This document shows positions 62,861 to 64,000 of a DNA stretch of 64,000 nucleotides, in pieces (positions within the stretch are counted from its first letter, which is position 1; every line of letters starts with the position of its first letter). Position numbers and translations under genes: made by a program. The notes under the pieces were generated by a model that did not search any database, was not told where the DNA came from, and was given only the letters and a program-made list of their open reading frames with translations. This DNA is from Gammaproteobacteria bacterium (GTDB lineage Bacteria > Pseudomonadota > Gammaproteobacteria > Eutrophobiales > Eutrophobiaceae), in assembly GCA_965202915.1 (NCBI GenBank), contig OZ241847.1, positions 1,665,972-1,729,971 on the forward strand, given 5' to 3'.

Positions 62861-64000
62861 CTAGCCGGCTTTTATATCGGGCAGGCCCAGGATATTTATC
62901 TTTATCCGTCGTATTTCGTCGCGATTTTTTGCCGCCTGTTCGAATTCAAGATCACGAGCATGCTGATGCATTTGCTCCTCCAGTTTTTTCACTTTCTTCA
63001 TGAGTAATTCCGGAGACATGCCATTATAAACGGCTTTTTCCTCGGCAACCTTATTATATTTTCTGTTCTTGCCGGCGTGGTGGGTATCGGACAGCTCCAT
63101 GATATCGGTAACCGTCTTGCTTATGCCTTGCGGTTCAATACCGTGGCGCTTATTAAATTGCCGTTGTTTTTTTCTTCTGCGCTGCGTTTCGTCCACCGCC
63201 TTCCGTATTGAACCGGTGATATTGTCGGCATAGAGTATCGCCTTGCCGTTGATATTTCTCGCCGCCCGCCCTATGGTCTGAATCAAGGTGGTGCCGGACC
63301 GTAAGAATCCTTCTTTATCCGCGTCCAGAATCGCGACTAATGAAACCTCCGGCATATCCAGCCCTTCACGCAATAGATTGATGCCAACCAGCACGTCAAA
63401 CTCACCCAGGCGCAAATTACGAATAATCTCCACCCGTTCCACCGTGTCGATATCGGAATGCAGGTATCTGACGCGGACGTCGTGATCGGTCAGATAATCG
63501 GTTAAATCTTCCGCCATGCGCTTTGTCAAGGTGGTCACCAATACCCGCTCATTTAACGAAACCCGTTCGTTAATCTCCGAGAGCAGATCATCCACTTGAC
63601 TGACAACCGGTCTCACCTCCACTTCCGGATCCAACAGCCCGGTCGGTCTGACAAGCTGCTCAACGACGTGGCCCGAACGTTCGAGCTCGTAAGTCCCCGG
63701 AGTGGCTGAGATAAAAACCGTCTGCGGTGACAGTGATGTAAATTCATCAAAGCACAGCGGCCGATTATCCAGCGCCGAAGGCAGGCGAAAACCATACTCC
63801 ACCAGTGTTTGCTTTCTTGATCGGTCGCCTCTGTACATTCCCCCCAACTGGGGAACCGTAACGTGGCTTTCATCGATAAATAACAACGCATCTTTCGGCA
63901 AATAATCGATCAAAGTCGGCGGCGGTTGCCCAGCCGCGCGTCCGGATAAATAACGAGAGTAATTCTCAATACCGCTGCAATAGCCAATTTCGAGGATCAT
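62861..64000 (-). CDS. uvrB: Excinuclease ABC subunit B, C-terminal ~379 aa. The 5' end lies beyond the window.
   Basis: Helicase C-terminal motifs and the terminal UVR domain (...[28 protein letters not shown]). Confidence 0.93.
   Translation of the reverse strand: MILEIGYCSGIENYSRYLSGRAAGQPPPTLIDYLPKDALLFIDESHVTVPQLGGMYRGDRSRKQTLVEYGFRLPSALDNRPLCFDEFTSLSPQTVFISATPGTYELERSGHVVEQLVRPTGLLDPEVEVRPVVSQVDDLLSEINERVSLNERVLVTTLTKRMAEDLTDYLTDHDVRVRYLHSDIDTVERVEIIRNLRLGEFDVLVGINLLREGLDMPEVSLVAILDADKEGFLRSGTTLIQTIGRAARNINGKAILYADNITGSIRKAVDETQRRRKKQRQFNKRHGIEPQGISKTVTDIMELSDTHHAGKNRKYNKVAEEKAVYNGMSPELLMKKVKKLEEQMHQHARDLEFEQAAKNRDEIRRIKINILGLPDIKAG

Overview
This is a GC-rich (~55%) window that looks gammaproteobacterial and is dominated by conserved housekeeping operons; gene products below are judged from the ORF translations by recall of characteristic motifs, not by any database search. 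The housekeeping operons are: a Calvin/glycolytic cluster tkt-gap-pgk-fba (class I aldolase, no pyk); thiS-thiG-trmB-cysQ; tRNA-Leu followed by tig-clpP-clpX-lon; parE-parC; efp; argC; a bactofilin and erpA; comF; bioB-bioF-bioC-bioD; tRNA-Asn; purC and a beta-carbonic anhydrase; tRNA-Gln; rne; and on the minus strand prfC, pdxJ-recO-era-rnc-DUF4845-lepB-lepA-uvrB (partial). Small accessory islets are inserted between these blocks: (a) a lone phage virion-morphogenesis gene at the window start, followed by a 5'-truncated LRR/cadherin-like/dockerin-like gene; (b) a DNA methyltransferase plus GIY-YIG (Eco29kI-like) nuclease pair followed by higB(frameshifted)/higA; (c) an IS1595-family transposase remnant plus a second MTase/PD-(D/E)XK-nuclease pair between parC and efp; (d) an AbiEi/AbiEii abortive-infection module inserted at the 5' end of prfC, with a displaced prfC 5' fragment left behind. 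Two features stand out as unusual. The first is a ~1,100-aa secreted-type protein made of about 10 FG-GAP (integrin-alpha-like) repeats, an N-terminal dockerin-like module and a C-terminal Gly/Asp-rich region loosely reminiscent of RTX repeats. Its reading frame is split by a 16-nt poly-C tract just downstream of a strong promoter and RBS, which makes it a candidate slipped-strand phase-variation switch. The second is a previously unnamed hairpin-containing repeat family. It forms a ~670-bp mosaic array upstream of tkt, and two MITE-like copies with 26-bp terminal inverted repeats bracket a DUF1640-like coiled-coil gene that itself contains 33-nt tandem repeats. A partial Mrp/complex-I-like antiporter module (C-D-D-x-D) and a rubrerythrin/CCG Fe-S protein/DUF3501 cluster with a candidate operator are also present. 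Two conserved genes (efp, higB) carry single-nucleotide frameshifts, so sequence accuracy should be checked before reading these, or the poly-C tract, biologically.
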